DNA of 64,000 nucleotides, taken from an uncultured delta proteobacterium (GTDB taxonomy: Bacteria > Myxococcota_A > Polyangia > Fen-1088). Below the pieces are notes generated by a model. That model had not been told where the DNA came from, did not search any database, and saw only the letters and a list, made by a program, of their open reading frames with translations. The translations under genes and the position numbers were made by a program. Below are positions 11,401-21,755 of the stretch, in pieces (within the stretch, counting starts at the first letter, position 1; each line of letters opens with the position of its first letter). Location: the NCBI GenBank assembly GCA_963767925.1, contig CAVYGB010000002.1:736001-800000 (forward strand). The letters run 5' to 3'.

Positions 11401-12795
11401 TCAAACCTCGATGGTGTCGCCGCGGGCGGGGATGTGGGTTTTCAGGCCGCGGTCTTCCAGGGCGCGGCTGAGGGGGTGTTGCTGGTCGGGCTCGCCGTGG
11501 ACGAGGAGGAAGCGGGTGCCCGGGCTGGCGCTGGCGCTGGCGTAGTCGAGCAGGTCGTCGCGGTCGGCGTGGGCGGAGAAGGCGTTGAGGATCTCGACCT
11601 TGGCCCGCAAGGGCCGGTCGACGCCGAAGATGCGGATGGTGGGGTGCCGCTCGACGATGCGGCGGCCGAGGGTGTGTTTGGCCATGTAGCCGACCACCAG
11701 CACGGTGTTGCGCTCGTCCTCGACGTTGTTCTTCAGGTGGTGCAGGACGCGGCCGGCCTCGCACATGCCGGAGGCGGAGATGATCACGGCCGGGCCTTCG
11801 AGGCTGTTGAGGCGCATCGATTCGTCGCGGTTGGCGACGAAGCGCACCTCGGGGAAGGAGAAGACCTCCCCGTGCTTGTCGAGGAAGGCGCGCGTCTCGG
11901 CGTCGAAGCAGTCGGGGTGCAGGCGGAACACGCTGGTCACCGAGGTGGCCAGGGGCGAGTCGATGAAGACCGGGATGGCGGGCAGCCGGCCCTCGCGCCA
12001 GAGCTGGGCCAGCGAATAGAGCAGCTCCTGGGTGCGGCCCACGGCGAAGGCCGGGACGATCACCTTGCCGCCCCGGTCGGCCGTCTGCTTGACCACCCGG
12101 GCCAGATCGTCGTGCATCTGAGCGACGCTGCCGTGCAGGCGGTTGCCGTAGGTGCTCTCCATGACGACGGCGTCGAGCGGGGGCGCGGGGTGTTCGGGGT
12201 CGCGCAGGATGGGCAGCCCCTTGCGGCCGATGTCACCGGTGAAGGCCAGGCGCACCCGCCGGCCCCGGTCGTCGATGTCCAGCACCACCGAGGCCGAGCC
12301 GAGGATGTGGCCGGCGTCGATGAAGCGGGCGCTCACCCGGGGCAGCGGCACGAAGGGCCGCCCGTAGGGCACGGCCTGGAAGCGGCCGAGGGCGTTCACC
12401 GCGTCCTGCTCGTCGTAGAGCGGCTCGATGTCGACCCAGTCGGGGTCGTCGAGGTTGCGCCCGTTGAGGTAGTCGGCGTCGGCCTGCTGGATGAACGCCG
12501 AGTCGCGCAGCATGTACGCGCACAGGTCGCGGGTGGCGGGGGTCGACCAGATGGCGCCGCCGAAGCCGGCCTTGACCAGGGTGGGCAGGCTGCCCGAATG
12601 ATCGATGTGCGCGTGCGTGAGCAGCACCGCCTCGGCCCGGGTGGCCTCGGGCGGCAGGGCCCGGTTGCGCTGGCGGGCCTCGTCGCGGCGCCCCTGGAAC
12701 AGGCCGCAGTCGATGACGAGGTTCCCCTCGGCGGTCTCGAGCAGGATGAGGGACCCGGTGACCTCCTGGGCAGCGCCCAGAAACGAGATGCGCAT
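11401..12795 (-). CDS. MBL-fold/beta-CASP ribonuclease-like hydrolase
   Basis: MRISFLGAAQEVTGS, IDCG, THAHIDH, AGHILGS, FTGD, MESTYG, PAFAVGRTQE, ASGM, FSAHAD, LVHGE. Confidence 0.93.
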   Translation of the reverse strand: MRISFLGAAQEVTGSLILLETAEGNLVIDCGLFQGRRDEARQRNRALPPEATRAEAVLLTHAHIDHSGSLPTLVKAGFGGAIWSTPATRDLCAYMLRDSAFIQQADADYLNGRNLDDPDWVDIEPLYDEQDAVNALGRFQAVPYGRPFVPLPRVSARFIDAGHILGSASVVLDIDDRGRRVRLAFTGDIGRKGLPILRDPEHPAPPLDAVVMESTYGNRLHGSVAQMHDDLARVVKQTADRGGKVIVPAFAVGRTQELLYSLAQLWREGRLPAIPVFIDSPLATSVTSVFRLHPDCFDAETRAFLDKHGEVFSFPEVRFVANRDESMRLNSLEGPAVIISASGMCEAGRVLHHLKNNVEDERNTVLVVGYMAKHTLGRRIVERHPTIRIFGVDRPLRAKVEILNAFSAHADRDDLLDYASASASPGTRFLLVHGEPDQQHPLSRALEDRGLKTHIPARGDTIEV

Positions 12796-12868
12796 GCCGG
12801 TCATCTTAATGGGGTTCGGGGAGATCCCCGCAAGCCGGCGGCGCGCGATCTGCCCTATGCTCGGGGCC

Positions 12869-13306
12869 GTGAAGCGCCTCCCCGTCGATCTCGACGAGCT
12901 GGCCGCGCTGTTCGACCAGGCGCGGGCCGGGCCGGTGCGGGCGTTCTTCGATCGGCTCAGCGGCGAGCTCGAGTCGATGCCGCGCGACGCGGAGGTCGAG
13001 GGGGTGTTCGACGACATCCTGGCCGAGCCGGCCCGCTGGGTGGAGATCCTCCCGCTGCCAATCGACGATCGGCGGGCCCTGCGCAGCCGTTACGTCGAAG
13101 AGCAGGTCACCGACCCGCACCTGCGCCTGCGCCTGTTCGAGGCCCTCGCGGCCGCGCGCGGCTTCGCCCCCTTCGAGAAGATCCTGCGCAGCGATCGCGC
13201 CCAGCTCGACCGCTGGCTGGCCTTCCGGGCCGCCACCCTCGCCCCCCTGACGCTGACCTGGCTCTCGGCCCTCGGCATCGAGCCGACCCCGACGGCTGTC
13301 TCCTGA
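12869..13306 (+). CDS. UPF0158-like protein
   Basis: VDLDEL...FFDRLSGE...LFEAL...F..F...WLAFR...WL pattern. Confidence 0.6.
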   Translation: MKRLPVDLDELAALFDQARAGPVRAFFDRLSGELESMPRDAEVEGVFDDILAEPARWVEILPLPIDDRRALRSRYVEEQVTDPHLRLRLFEALAAARGFAPFEKILRSDRAQLDRWLAFRAATLAPLTLTWLSALGIEPTPTAVS

Positions 13307-13520
13307 ACGCATCGACCGGTCGGAGCCGCTGAGCCGGAGGGTTCCGGGGGACAGCCCGGCGGCCGTTGAGAAATCGCCTGGAGGCTCGCTTCTTCCGAGC
13401 CGTGCATTCCTGGTTGACCGTCCCGGGTCCGAGGTCCGCCTCCTCACCGCCCCCCCCGCCCGGGCGCCTGCCGGTAACCGCGACGCCGGAGCGTTTCGTG
13501 GGCCAGCCGTCGAACCGCGC

Positions 13521-14774
13521 TCAGGGAGGACCGGGAGCCGGGGCGGCGCCGGGAGCCGGGGCGGGCGCAGCGCCGAGAGCCGGGGCCGGGGCGGCGCCGG
13601 GAGCCGGGGCGGGGGCCGCGCCGGGGGCGGGAGCGGGAGCTGCGCCGGGAGCGGGGGCGGGAGCTGCGGGGGCGGCCTTCGTGAGGGCGGGGGGGAGGAG
13701 GTCGACGTAGCGGCGGACGAAGGCGTCGACCTCCTGGGGGCGGTCGGGCTCCACGTCGACGCTGTCGCGGATGTGCCAGAGGACGCGGCCGTCGTAAGCC
13801 GAGACGAGCGTCATCGACACGTGGATCTCGTCGCCGGCGAAAGGGTCGTCGTCGTCGGCCACCTGGCCGTCGTGGGTGTGCTCCTCGCTGTCGAGGGGGA
13901 TCATCAAGCCGACGCCGACATCGACCCCGCTGTGGTAGCGGGGCGAGCCGCGGTAGACGCGGCCGCCGCCCCGGGCGCCGGTCCAGCTCCCGCGGCCGGT
14001 GGGGGCGACCGGGGCCACCGTCGCCCGGGTAGGGGCGCCGGGGCCGGAGGCGAACGCGGAGGCGCTGCCGCCGCCCATGCGGGCGCCGGTGGCTCCGCCG
14101 GCGCGGGGGACGCTGCGGCCGGCGACGCCGCTGCCCCCGGCGGGGAGGTCGCCGGAGCGGCCGCCCCCCTTGTTCTGGGCGATCAGCATCGCGATGATCA
14201 CGGCGATGACCGCGACGAACAGCACCGCCCCCACCACCTGGGCGGTCCGCTTGCCCGAGGAGACCGCCACGCCCTTCATGTTCACGTAGAGGAGCGAGTC
14301 GGACTGGGTGGCCCAGCCGATCCGGCGGGCCAGCTCGGGGGCGATGAAGGCGGGGGCCTCCATCGGGCCCTCGCCGCCGCCCACCTCGCTGTTGGCGAAC
14401 TGCACGATGGAGTTGGCCAGCCAGCCGAGGTCGTTGCCCGCCACCAGGAGCTGCCCGTTGCCGTCGTGGACCCCGTCCCAGCGGGCCTGCAGGTTGACGT
14501 CGTAGCCCCGGCGGCGGAGCTCGTCGGCCATGGCGGTCACCGTCTGCTGGGTGACCACCTGGCCGAGCTGCCAGGACTTCTGCGGATCGTTGTCGCCGTA
14601 GTCGTCCTGCACCATGAAGACCGCGGGTGGCAGGATCGCGATCCGGGCCGGGGTGTAGGTGCGGGCCGCGAAGACCGGCTCGATCATCGGGCGGGGCGTG
14701 CCGCAGCCGGCCGCCCAGGCGGCGGTCGAGAGCGCGACGGCCGCGACGCTGATCCGCAGGCGGGCGAGCTTCAT
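13521..14774 (-). CDS. Hypothetical lipoprotein with an internal TM helix and C-terminal (APAPAPGA)n
   Basis: MKLARLRISVAAVALSTAAWAAGC; TM VVGAVLFVAVIAVIIAMLI; GAGG upstream. Confidence 0.75.
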   Translation of the reverse strand: MKLARLRISVAAVALSTAAWAAGCGTPRPMIEPVFAARTYTPARIAILPPAVFMVQDDYGDNDPQKSWQLGQVVTQQTVTAMADELRRRGYDVNLQARWDGVHDGNGQLLVAGNDLGWLANSIVQFANSEVGGGEGPMEAPAFIAPELARRIGWATQSDSLLYVNMKGVAVSSGKRTAQVVGAVLFVAVIAVIIAMLIAQNKGGGRSGDLPAGGSGVAGRSVPRAGGATGARMGGGSASAFASGPGAPTRATVAPVAPTGRGSWTGARGGGRVYRGSPRYHSGVDVGVGLMIPLDSEEHTHDGQVADDDDPFAGDEIHVSMTLVSAYDGRVLWHIRDSVDVEPDRPQEVDAFVRRYVDLLPPALTKAAPAAPAPAPGAAPAPAPGAAPAPAPGAAPAPALGAAPAPAPGAAPAPGPP

Positions 14775-14810
14775 CGAACCTCGACGGTAGCATAGACTTC
14801 GGAGCAAGCT

Positions 14811-15899
14811 GTGAGGTCCCCCGTGTTGTTGCGCGTGTGCTCCCAGGTGCGCTTTCGAGCCCTCCCGGCCGCGTGGTTCGCCGTGCTGGCGGCGCTGGCG
14901 CTGCTCATCTCGGGGCCGGCCCGGGCCCAGGGGGTGAAGGTGCAGTTCTCGACGCGCGTGGCAACCGGCGGCAAGCCCAGCGTGACCTTCGTCGCCAGCG
15001 AGCCGCTGAGCGACCTGGCGGTCGAGCTGCAGGACGACGGCGGTCGCGACACGCGCGCCCGCTTCGGCGCCCTGGCTCGCGGCGCCTCGCGCACCCTCGC
15101 GCTGCCCGCCGGGCCCGGCCGCCGCCGCTACACCGGCAAGGTGATCGTCACCCGCGCCGGCGCCCGCGAGGAGAGCCCGCTGACCTTCGAAGTGGTCGTC
15201 GCGCCCGCCCTCGAGATCCAGATCGATCGGGCCCAGGTCGACCTGGCCGCCCGCCGGCTGCAGGCCCGCTTCTCCCGCCCGGCCGCCCGGGCCGAGCTGA
15301 AGCTGATCGGCGCCACCGGCGGCCCGCCCATCGCCGAGGTGGAGCAGGACCTCGGCGGCCGGGCCGCGGGCGAGCCCCTCGAGATCCGCTGGCCCGCCCC
15401 ACCCGCCGGCGGCGAGGTGGGACGCATCGACCTGCGCCTGCACGATCCCGACGGCTTTTACGCCGGGGTGTCGCTCTACCCCTGGTCGGTCCACATCCCC
15501 CACGAGGAGGTCGGCTTCGCCACCGACTCGTCGGCGATCGACAGGGCCGAGGAGCCCAAGCTGGAGGCCTCCCACCGCCTCATCGCCGCCGCCCTCGCCC
15601 GCCACCGCGACCTCGGCCCCATCAAGCTCTACATCGCCGGCCACACCGACACCGTGGGCGCCGACGCCTACAATCTGGACCTCTCCCAGCGCCGCGCCCG
15701 CACCATCGCCGCCTGGTTCCGCCGCCGCGGCCTGCGCCTCCCGGTCCTGTACGAGGGCTTCGGCGAGCAGGCCCTCCTGGTGGCCACCCCCGACAGCACC
15801 GGCGAGGCCCGCAACCGCCGCGTCGACTACATCCTGGCGGTGGAGGACCCCACCCTCCGCGCCACCCGCTTCCAGCCCCGCTGGAAGATCGTCCCCTGA
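14811..15899 (+). CDS. OmpA-family (peptidoglycan-binding) protein
   Basis: F..DS, GHTDTVG, YNLDLSQRRA, GFGE, RNRRVD. Exact start uncertain. Confidence 0.88.
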   Translation: MRSPVLLRVCSQVRFRALPAAWFAVLAALALLISGPARAQGVKVQFSTRVATGGKPSVTFVASEPLSDLAVELQDDGGRDTRARFGALARGASRTLALPAGPGRRRYTGKVIVTRAGAREESPLTFEVVVAPALEIQIDRAQVDLAARRLQARFSRPAARAELKLIGATGGPPIAEVEQDLGGRAAGEPLEIRWPAPPAGGEVGRIDLRLHDPDGFYAGVSLYPWSVHIPHEEVGFATDSSAIDRAEEPKLEASHRLIAAALARHRDLGPIKLYIAGHTDTVGADAYNLDLSQRRARTIAAWFRRRGLRLPVLYEGFGEQALLVATPDSTGEARNRRVDYILAVEDPTLRATRFQPRWKIVP

Positions 15900-15968
15900 G
15901 GCGCGCCCAGCGCCCCCGGTGAGCCCGTCAGCGCGGGCAGGCTTCGGTCGCCGGCGTGAGCATCCTGG

Positions 15969-16007
15969 GGACGAAGTGACGTGCCGGTCCGGGACGTCAC
16001 TTTATCC
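15969..16007. terminator. Stem-loop between convergent genes
   Basis: GGACGAAGTGACGT...ACGTCACTTTATCC (12 of 14 complementary). Confidence 0.4.
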
Positions 16008-16117
16008 ACAGGCGCGGGCCGCCCGGAAGATCGGGACGGTGTCCTCGCCGGCGGCGGCGGAAGCGGGCGGCCGCGATCGCGAGAAGCGATCGGGTTTTCG
16101 GGCGCCCGCCCTGGCGG

Positions 16118-17500
16118 CTACTTCGTGAAGGTCAGGAACTTCTGGCCTTCGCGCTGGCTCTCGTATTCGAGCTTGATCCAGTTGACGTCCTTGGCCACCA
16201 GCATCACGCGGGCCTCGTCGAGGAGGCCGTCGAAGGAGCGGCCCTGGCTGCTGGCGTTGTTGCCGATGGTGACGCTGCGGTTGTTGTCGGTCTGCCAGGT
16301 CGTGTCGCTGATCCGCTCGGCCTCGAACTTGCCGTTCACGTAGAAGCGGACCGACGGGAAGTCGTGAATCCCCAGGATGTGGTACCAGGTCCCGGCCTGG
16401 GCGTTGGTGCCGTTCATCCGATCCACCGGGCAGACGTCGTTGGTCTGCGCGCTCTGCAGGCACGACTCGGTCAGGTGGCGGCCGCCGTAGTCGCTGGCCT
16501 GACCCACGAAGTGCAGCCGGAAGTCGCCCTCCCCCTTCGAGAACATGCACTGGTAGCTCTTGGTGTGGGTCTTGTAATTGAACCAGATCGAGTAGGTCAT
16601 CTTGTGCGCGGCGGCCGCGTCGATGCGGCTCTTGTCCACCGCCGCGGCCGCGAACTGGTTCATCCCCCCGTTGAGCGAGATGGCGTTGCCCATGCGCCCG
16701 GCTCCCGTCCCCTGGGCCGTCATGCGGACGCCGGTGGCGTGCCCCTGGTTGGCGGTCGAGTCCTTGTACCCTCCCGCCTGGGTGCTGCCCGGCTCGCTCA
16801 GGTGCCAGACGCCCATGAACCCTTCCTTGACGTCGAAGACCGCCGCGCCGTCGCTGGCCGCCGGAGCGGCGGGGTCACCCCAGGTCATCTTGATGGTCTG
16901 CGTGCCGTTGCCCTTGACGTCGACCTTCACCCAGATCGCCGCCCGCTTGGCCGCCGCGTCCCACAGCTCGATCTCGTAGGGCAGCGGCTGGCCCTCGGCG
17001 TTCGCGAAGCGAATGTCCTCGCCCTTGGGCCGGGCCTGCGCGAAGTCGAAGGTCGTCGCGTCCAGGGTGACGGCGACGGGAAAGCTCGGGACATCGCCCA
17101 TGACAGCCGCGCCCGCCGCCGTCGTGTCGAGGGTGAGGATCTGCGTCCGGCTGCCCGACGCGGGCGGCGCGCTCGCCCCGCCCTCGACCGCCGACGCCGC
17201 ATCCGCGCGCCCGGCGCCCGCGTCCGGTCGGGCACTGCCGCCGCTGCCACCCGCCGCGCTGCCACCGGCGCCCCCCGCGCCACCGCCCGCGCCTCCCGTG
17301 CTCGCCGGACCGGCGCTGCCGCCCGCGCCGCCCTGGGCGCCCCCACCGGGACCGGGTCGGCCGCCCGCCGCACCGCCGGCCCCGGCGCTGCCACCCGGCT
17401 CCGGTCCGCTGGCAGGCGGCTCATCCGAGCCGCAACCCGACATCACGACGGCGAGCGCGAGGCCGAGCCCCACACGAGGAAGGCAGGCAATCGTTTTCAT
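16118..17500 (-). CDS. DUF2341 + LamG-like lipoprotein
   Basis: Lipobox MSGC; Gly-rich linker; DIRF..LPYEIELWD..IWVKV, GVWHL, WYHI, FYVNG, GLLDEAR. Confidence 0.85.
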   Translation of the reverse strand: MKTIACLPRVGLGLALAVVMSGCGSDEPPASGPEPGGSAGAGGAAGGRPGPGGGAQGGAGGSAGPASTGGAGGGAGGAGGSAAGGSGGSARPDAGAGRADAASAVEGGASAPPASGSRTQILTLDTTAAGAAVMGDVPSFPVAVTLDATTFDFAQARPKGEDIRFANAEGQPLPYEIELWDAAAKRAAIWVKVDVKGNGTQTIKMTWGDPAAPAASDGAAVFDVKEGFMGVWHLSEPGSTQAGGYKDSTANQGHATGVRMTAQGTGAGRMGNAISLNGGMNQFAAAAVDKSRIDAAAAHKMTYSIWFNYKTHTKSYQCMFSKGEGDFRLHFVGQASDYGGRHLTESCLQSAQTNDVCPVDRMNGTNAQAGTWYHILGIHDFPSVRFYVNGKFEAERISDTTWQTDNNRSVTIGNNASSQGRSFDGLLDEARVMLVAKDVNWIKLEYESQREGQKFLTFTK

Positions 17501-17750
17501 CGGGGCCGACGATAGATCCATCGAAGGCACATGTGAACGACGATTGCCGTTTCGGCGCTCGGTTTCCGGAGGATCGTTGCGACGTGTTAGAAGGGCGCTC
17601 CATGGAAGCCGTCCTGGCAGCGTCGCGGTTTTCCTCGCGCGGGCGCCGGACTCCTGGATCTCTTCGTGACGGTCGCCATGATTCCGGGCTGGTAGGTTCA
17701 CTCGAACGGACCTCCGGCCCGCGGAGGCCCGGAAGATCCCTGGAGTCGCC

Positions 17751-18782
17751 ATGCGAAGGTACGTGCCGCTCTCACGTTCTGTGGCTGCCCGGCTGCTGAT
17801 CGCCGCCGCGCTGGCCGGGGTGGGCTGCGCCGAGGGGACGGGCCCGGCGGGCGCCGACGGATCCACGGCGGGGGGACCGGACGTGGCCACGTCGCCGGGG
17901 AGCTGGCAGGCGCTGGCCGCCCTGCCCGCCACCCGCCAGGAGCACGGGGTGGCGGTCCTGCGCGAGCTGCTGTTCGTGGTTGGTGGGCTGGCGCCCAACG
18001 GGACCCGGGTCGAGGCCTACGATCCGGCGACCGACCGCTGGACCTCGCACGAGCCGCTGCCGGTGCGGGTCGACCACCCCAACGTCGCGGCAGTCGGGGA
18101 CCGGCTCTACATGCTGGGCAGCGCCCAGGACGCGAACACCTACGTCTACGAGCCCTTCGGGCCAGCGGCCACCCGCCAGTGGATCCAGCGGCAGCCGTCG
18201 CCGGTGCGCCGGGCCGCCGCCGCGCTGGGGGTGATCGACGGGCGGATCTTCCTGGCCGGCGGGTACGGCGGCATCGTCTACAACGGCAGCGAGCTGCAGA
18301 TTTACGACCCGGCCCTGGACGTCTGGCAGTCCTCCAGCCGGGGTGAGGTTCCGGCGCTGCCGGTGGGCCGCAACCACGTCCCCGGCGCCGTCGTCGGCGG
18401 CCTGTTCTACGTCCTCGGGGGCCGCGAGGGCGGGACCCGCGACGGCCTGCACCGGCGGGTCGACGTCTACGATCCGGTGGCCCGCACCTGGTCGCAGCGG
18501 GCGGACATGCCGACCGCCCGGGGCGGGGCCGCCGCCGGCGTGGTGGGCGGGCGCATCGTCGTCACGGGGGGCGAGGGCAACGGCAACGACGCCAAGGGGA
18601 TCTTCCCCCAGACCGAGATCTACAGCCCCGCCAGCGACACCTGGACGGTCACCGCCCCCCTGCGCACGCCCCGCCACGGCATGGGCGCCGCCGGCATCGG
18701 CGACCGCCTCTACGTCCCCGCGGGCGGCACCCGCGAGGGCGGCGGCGAGCCGGTGGCGGTGCTGGAGGCGCTGGCCCTGTGA
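17751..18782 (+). CDS. Kelch-repeat lipoprotein
   Basis: Lipobox GVGC; six repeats of the type R..H...V...LYV.GG....YDP....W. Confidence 0.92.
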   Translation: MRRYVPLSRSVAARLLIAAALAGVGCAEGTGPAGADGSTAGGPDVATSPGSWQALAALPATRQEHGVAVLRELLFVVGGLAPNGTRVEAYDPATDRWTSHEPLPVRVDHPNVAAVGDRLYMLGSAQDANTYVYEPFGPAATRQWIQRQPSPVRRAAAALGVIDGRIFLAGGYGGIVYNGSELQIYDPALDVWQSSSRGEVPALPVGRNHVPGAVVGGLFYVLGGREGGTRDGLHRRVDVYDPVARTWSQRADMPTARGGAAAGVVGGRIVVTGGEGNGNDAKGIFPQTEIYSPASDTWTVTAPLRTPRHGMGAAGIGDRLYVPAGGTREGGGEPVAVLEALAL

Positions 18783-18941
18783 AGCGCCGGCCGAGCTCGC
18801 GCCGCGATCGGGCCGCGGCGGCTGGTGCCCGGAACCGCCGCCCGGGCCGGCTGCGGGCAGGTGGCGAGCGGCCCGGCCCGAGCCCGCGCCCCGCCCGGGG
18901 TGCCGGCGGTGCTCCCCTGACCCCTCTGCCGAGCGTGCGGC

Positions 18942-19823
18942 GTGCCTGAGCTGCCCGACCTGGTCCACGTCGAGCGCAAGCTGCGCGAGGCGCTCATCGG
19001 GCGGCGCATCGCTGCCGCCCGCACCGGCGATCCGACCGTCCTGCGCATCATGGTGACCGAGCCGTTCCCGGACCTGCTGGTGGGGCACGTCTTCACCGCC
19101 GTCGATCGGCGCGGGCACTTCATGTGTCTGGGGCTCGACGGCGATCTCGTGGTGGCGATCAACTGCATGCTCACCGGGCGGTTCCAGCTCGCCGCCGCCG
19201 ACAAGGGCAAAGCCTCCTCCTCGCTGGCGGTGGCGCTGCTGCTCGAGCCAGCCGCCGGCAGCGCCGAGCCTCCCCTCGAGCTGCGCTACCTCGACGAGAA
19301 GCGCATGGGCAAGGTCTACGTCGTGCCCCGGGCCCGCCTCGAAGAGGTCCCCGTGCTGGGGCGCCTCGGCATCGACCTGCTGTCCGACGCCTTCACGCTG
19401 GAGGCCTTCCGCAAGGTAGCCCGCAAGCGGCGCGATCAGGTGCGCCAGTTCCTCATGGACAAGACCACCCTGGCCTCCATCGGCAACGCCTACGCCGACG
19501 AGATCCTGTTTGCGGCCAAGCTGCACCCCAAGACCTTCACCAGCAAGCTGGCCCCCGAGGACATCGACCGCCTCTACCGGTCCATCCTCGACGTCACCCG
19601 CTCGGCCATCGAGGAGATCCGCCGCCGCGACGAGCCCATCGAGGTCAAGGTGCGCGACTTTCTCGCCGTGCGCGGCCGCGACGGCAAGCCCTGTCCGGTG
19701 TGCAGCACCACCATCCGCGCCGTCCGGGTCGGCGACGGCGACGCCTGCTTTTGCCCCACCTGCCAGCCCAGCACCCGCACCCTCTTCGTCGACTGGAGCA
19801 AGCTCCCGCGCAACCGGGAGTAG
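18942..19823 (+). CDS. Fpg/Nei family DNA glycosylase/AP lyase (non-canonical)
   Basis: N-terminal PELP; H2TH IGNAYADEILFAAKLHP; zinc finger CPVC...CPTCQ. Confidence 0.93.
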   Translation: MPELPDLVHVERKLREALIGRRIAAARTGDPTVLRIMVTEPFPDLLVGHVFTAVDRRGHFMCLGLDGDLVVAINCMLTGRFQLAAADKGKASSSLAVALLLEPAAGSAEPPLELRYLDEKRMGKVYVVPRARLEEVPVLGRLGIDLLSDAFTLEAFRKVARKRRDQVRQFLMDKTTLASIGNAYADEILFAAKLHPKTFTSKLAPEDIDRLYRSILDVTRSAIEEIRRRDEPIEVKVRDFLAVRGRDGKPCPVCSTTIRAVRVGDGDACFCPTCQPSTRTLFVDWSKLPRNRE

Positions 19824-19918
19824 CCCCCTTGCCACCCGTCCTCGAAATCCGCGGCGGCACGCGCCCCCGGTCCGGTAGCCCGCCCGCCTTGCGGGCGTAC
19901 CTGAGCGGCGGCGAGCGG

Positions 19919-21409
19919 TTGCGGGCGGCGGCGAGCCAGACCTCCGCGCAGGTTCGGCTCCGCGGCGCGCGCGTCCTCCGGGCGGCGGCGGGCCGGGCGG
20001 CGCTGACCGCGCTCCTGGGTCTGATGGCCATCGGGAGCGCGGGGTGCCTGTCGGACGGCGCCTCCTTCGACGCGCTCGACGAACCGGTGGCCTTCACCCT
20101 GCGCGTGCACGGGCGCGACCTGGACCTGGCCTCGACAGCGGGGCAGGCGCCGGCGCTCTACCGGCTGACGGGGGCCCTGTTCGTGCCCGGGCTGGACGAG
20201 ACCCGGCGGGCCGCCGTGCGCGACTACCGCCGCCTCATCACCTGGATCCAGGGCGAGGAGGCCGGCCCCGGCCGATCCGCGCTGGCCCCCGTGCAGGCCC
20301 GCCTGGCGATCCTGCTCGCCGAGAGCGGCGACTGGCCCGCGGCCATGGCCGCCCTCGATGCCCTGCCGGCGATGACGCCAGAAGCCCCGGCCTTCCGCCG
20401 GGTCCTGCTGGCCGTCCATGACCGCGGGCCACCGGCGCCGCCCACCGACCTCGCGCGCGCCCTGGCCGTCCTCGGCGCCGCCGGGCTCCCGGATCCCGCC
20501 CTCCTGGACGGCTGGCCCGGCGATCGCCTGAGCGCCCGGTTCTACCAGCGGGCCGGCCAGCTCGAGGCAGCCCGCCAGATGGAGGGGCGCATTCAGGCGC
20601 GCGGGCTGGCCGCCTGGCGCGACGCCGGCCTGGCCGCCCTGCCCAACCTGGTGGTGATCCTCGGGCTGTTGCTCGCGCTCGGACACCTGCTGCGCAGGCG
20701 GCCCCTGCCGGTGGTGGGCGAGGGCCTCGCGCGCGCGCCCTGGACCCTGGGCCACGGCCTCCTGCTCCTGCTCAGATCGGTGCTGGTCGGCCTCCTCTTG
20801 CTGACGGTAGCCGTGCTGCTCGAGAAGGCCACCGGCCGCCGCTTCCTCGGCCTGCACACCCTGCTGGTGGCCCTGCCGATGGTCTACTGGACGCGGATCG
20901 ATCTGCGCGCCGCCGGCCTGTCGCTTGTCGCCGCCTTCGGCCTGCGCCCGGCCGCCCCCACCCGCTCCTGGCTGGCCGTCACCGTCCTGCTCGTCGGCGT
21001 CGAGCAGGCGCTCGCCATCGCCGTCAGCGTGCTGGCCCGCGCCGCCGGCTTCGTCACCGAGCCGTCCGAGTCGGTGCTGGAGGCCGCCGCCCTCGGCTCG
21101 CCGATCGCGGCGCTGCTGACCGCCCTCGACGTCGTCGTGTGGGCCCCCCTGTTCGAGGAGATCGCCTTCCGCGGCCTCCTCTACACAACCTTGCGCACGG
21201 CCCTGCGCCCCTGGCCCGCCGCCCTGCTGAGCGCCCTGACCTTCGCCGCCGTCCACGGCTACTCCGTCCCCGCCGCCCTCGGCCTCTTCATCCCCGCCGT
21301 CGCCGCCGCCCTGATCTACGAACGCACCCGCACCCTCCTCCCCATGATCCTGGCCCACGCCTTCAACAACACCATGGCCGTCCTCGCCAGCCTCCTCGTC
21401 TACCGCTGA
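19919..21409 (+). CDS. CPBP (CAAX/Abi) family intramembrane metalloprotease with an extracytoplasmic N-domain
   Basis: EEIAFRG, FAAVH and HAFNN motifs; many TM helices. Start uncertain. Confidence 0.85.
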   Translation: MRAAASQTSAQVRLRGARVLRAAAGRAALTALLGLMAIGSAGCLSDGASFDALDEPVAFTLRVHGRDLDLASTAGQAPALYRLTGALFVPGLDETRRAAVRDYRRLITWIQGEEAGPGRSALAPVQARLAILLAESGDWPAAMAALDALPAMTPEAPAFRRVLLAVHDRGPPAPPTDLARALAVLGAAGLPDPALLDGWPGDRLSARFYQRAGQLEAARQMEGRIQARGLAAWRDAGLAALPNLVVILGLLLALGHLLRRRPLPVVGEGLARAPWTLGHGLLLLLRSVLVGLLLLTVAVLLEKATGRRFLGLHTLLVALPMVYWTRIDLRAAGLSLVAAFGLRPAAPTRSWLAVTVLLVGVEQALAIAVSVLARAAGFVTEPSESVLEAAALGSPIAALLTALDVVVWAPLFEEIAFRGLLYTTLRTALRPWPAALLSALTFAAVHGYSVPAALGLFIPAVAAALIYERTRTLLPMILAHAFNNTMAVLASLLVYR

Positions 21410-21476
21410 AGCGGCGGGTCTGTCGTCCACACGGAGGAGCCGTTCGAGCCTTGTGTGGGCAGCCCCACCCGAAAGC

Positions 21477-21560
21477 GCTTAACGACCTGGCGTTCAGCGG
21501 CGAGCACCCGCCCGAGCGAAGCGAGGAAGGGGGATCGTCCGCTGCAACGCCTGGCTCGGC
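21477..21560 (-). repeat. attC site 1
   Basis: Minus strand: GCCGAGC-CAGGC-GTTGCAGCGGACGA...TCGCCGCTGAAC-GCCAGGTC-GTTAAGC, with two unpaired bases in the left arm; R'' degenerate (AGC for AAC). Confidence 0.8.
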
Positions 21561-21572
21561 AGCTGCGCGCGG

Positions 21573-21755
21573 CTACGATGCCTTCCGAGGCGGAGCAATA
21601 CGTTTTGGCGGGAGCGTGACAACAGCGTGGTCCTTCGCCGAAGCCTGTTGACGCCTTTTCGCCGCCTCGACGATCTGCCGGAGATCGTCGCCGCCCTCTT
21701 TGGAAAGTTCCTCGCGGATCGCGTGAACTTCTTCGACGATCGGATCCTTCGTCAT
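21573..21755 (-). CDS. Small helical protein coupled to the PIN gene (putative antitoxin)
   Basis: MTKDPIVEEVHAIREE; ATGA overlap with the PIN gene. Confidence 0.75.
   Translation of the reverse strand: MTKDPIVEEVHAIREELSKEGGDDLRQIVEAAKRRQQASAKDHAVVTLPPKRIAPPRKAS

Noticed and set aside
13531..13675. 24-bp repeat as a DNA element
   Set aside because: Synonymous variation between copies indicates an ordinary APAPAPGA protein linker.
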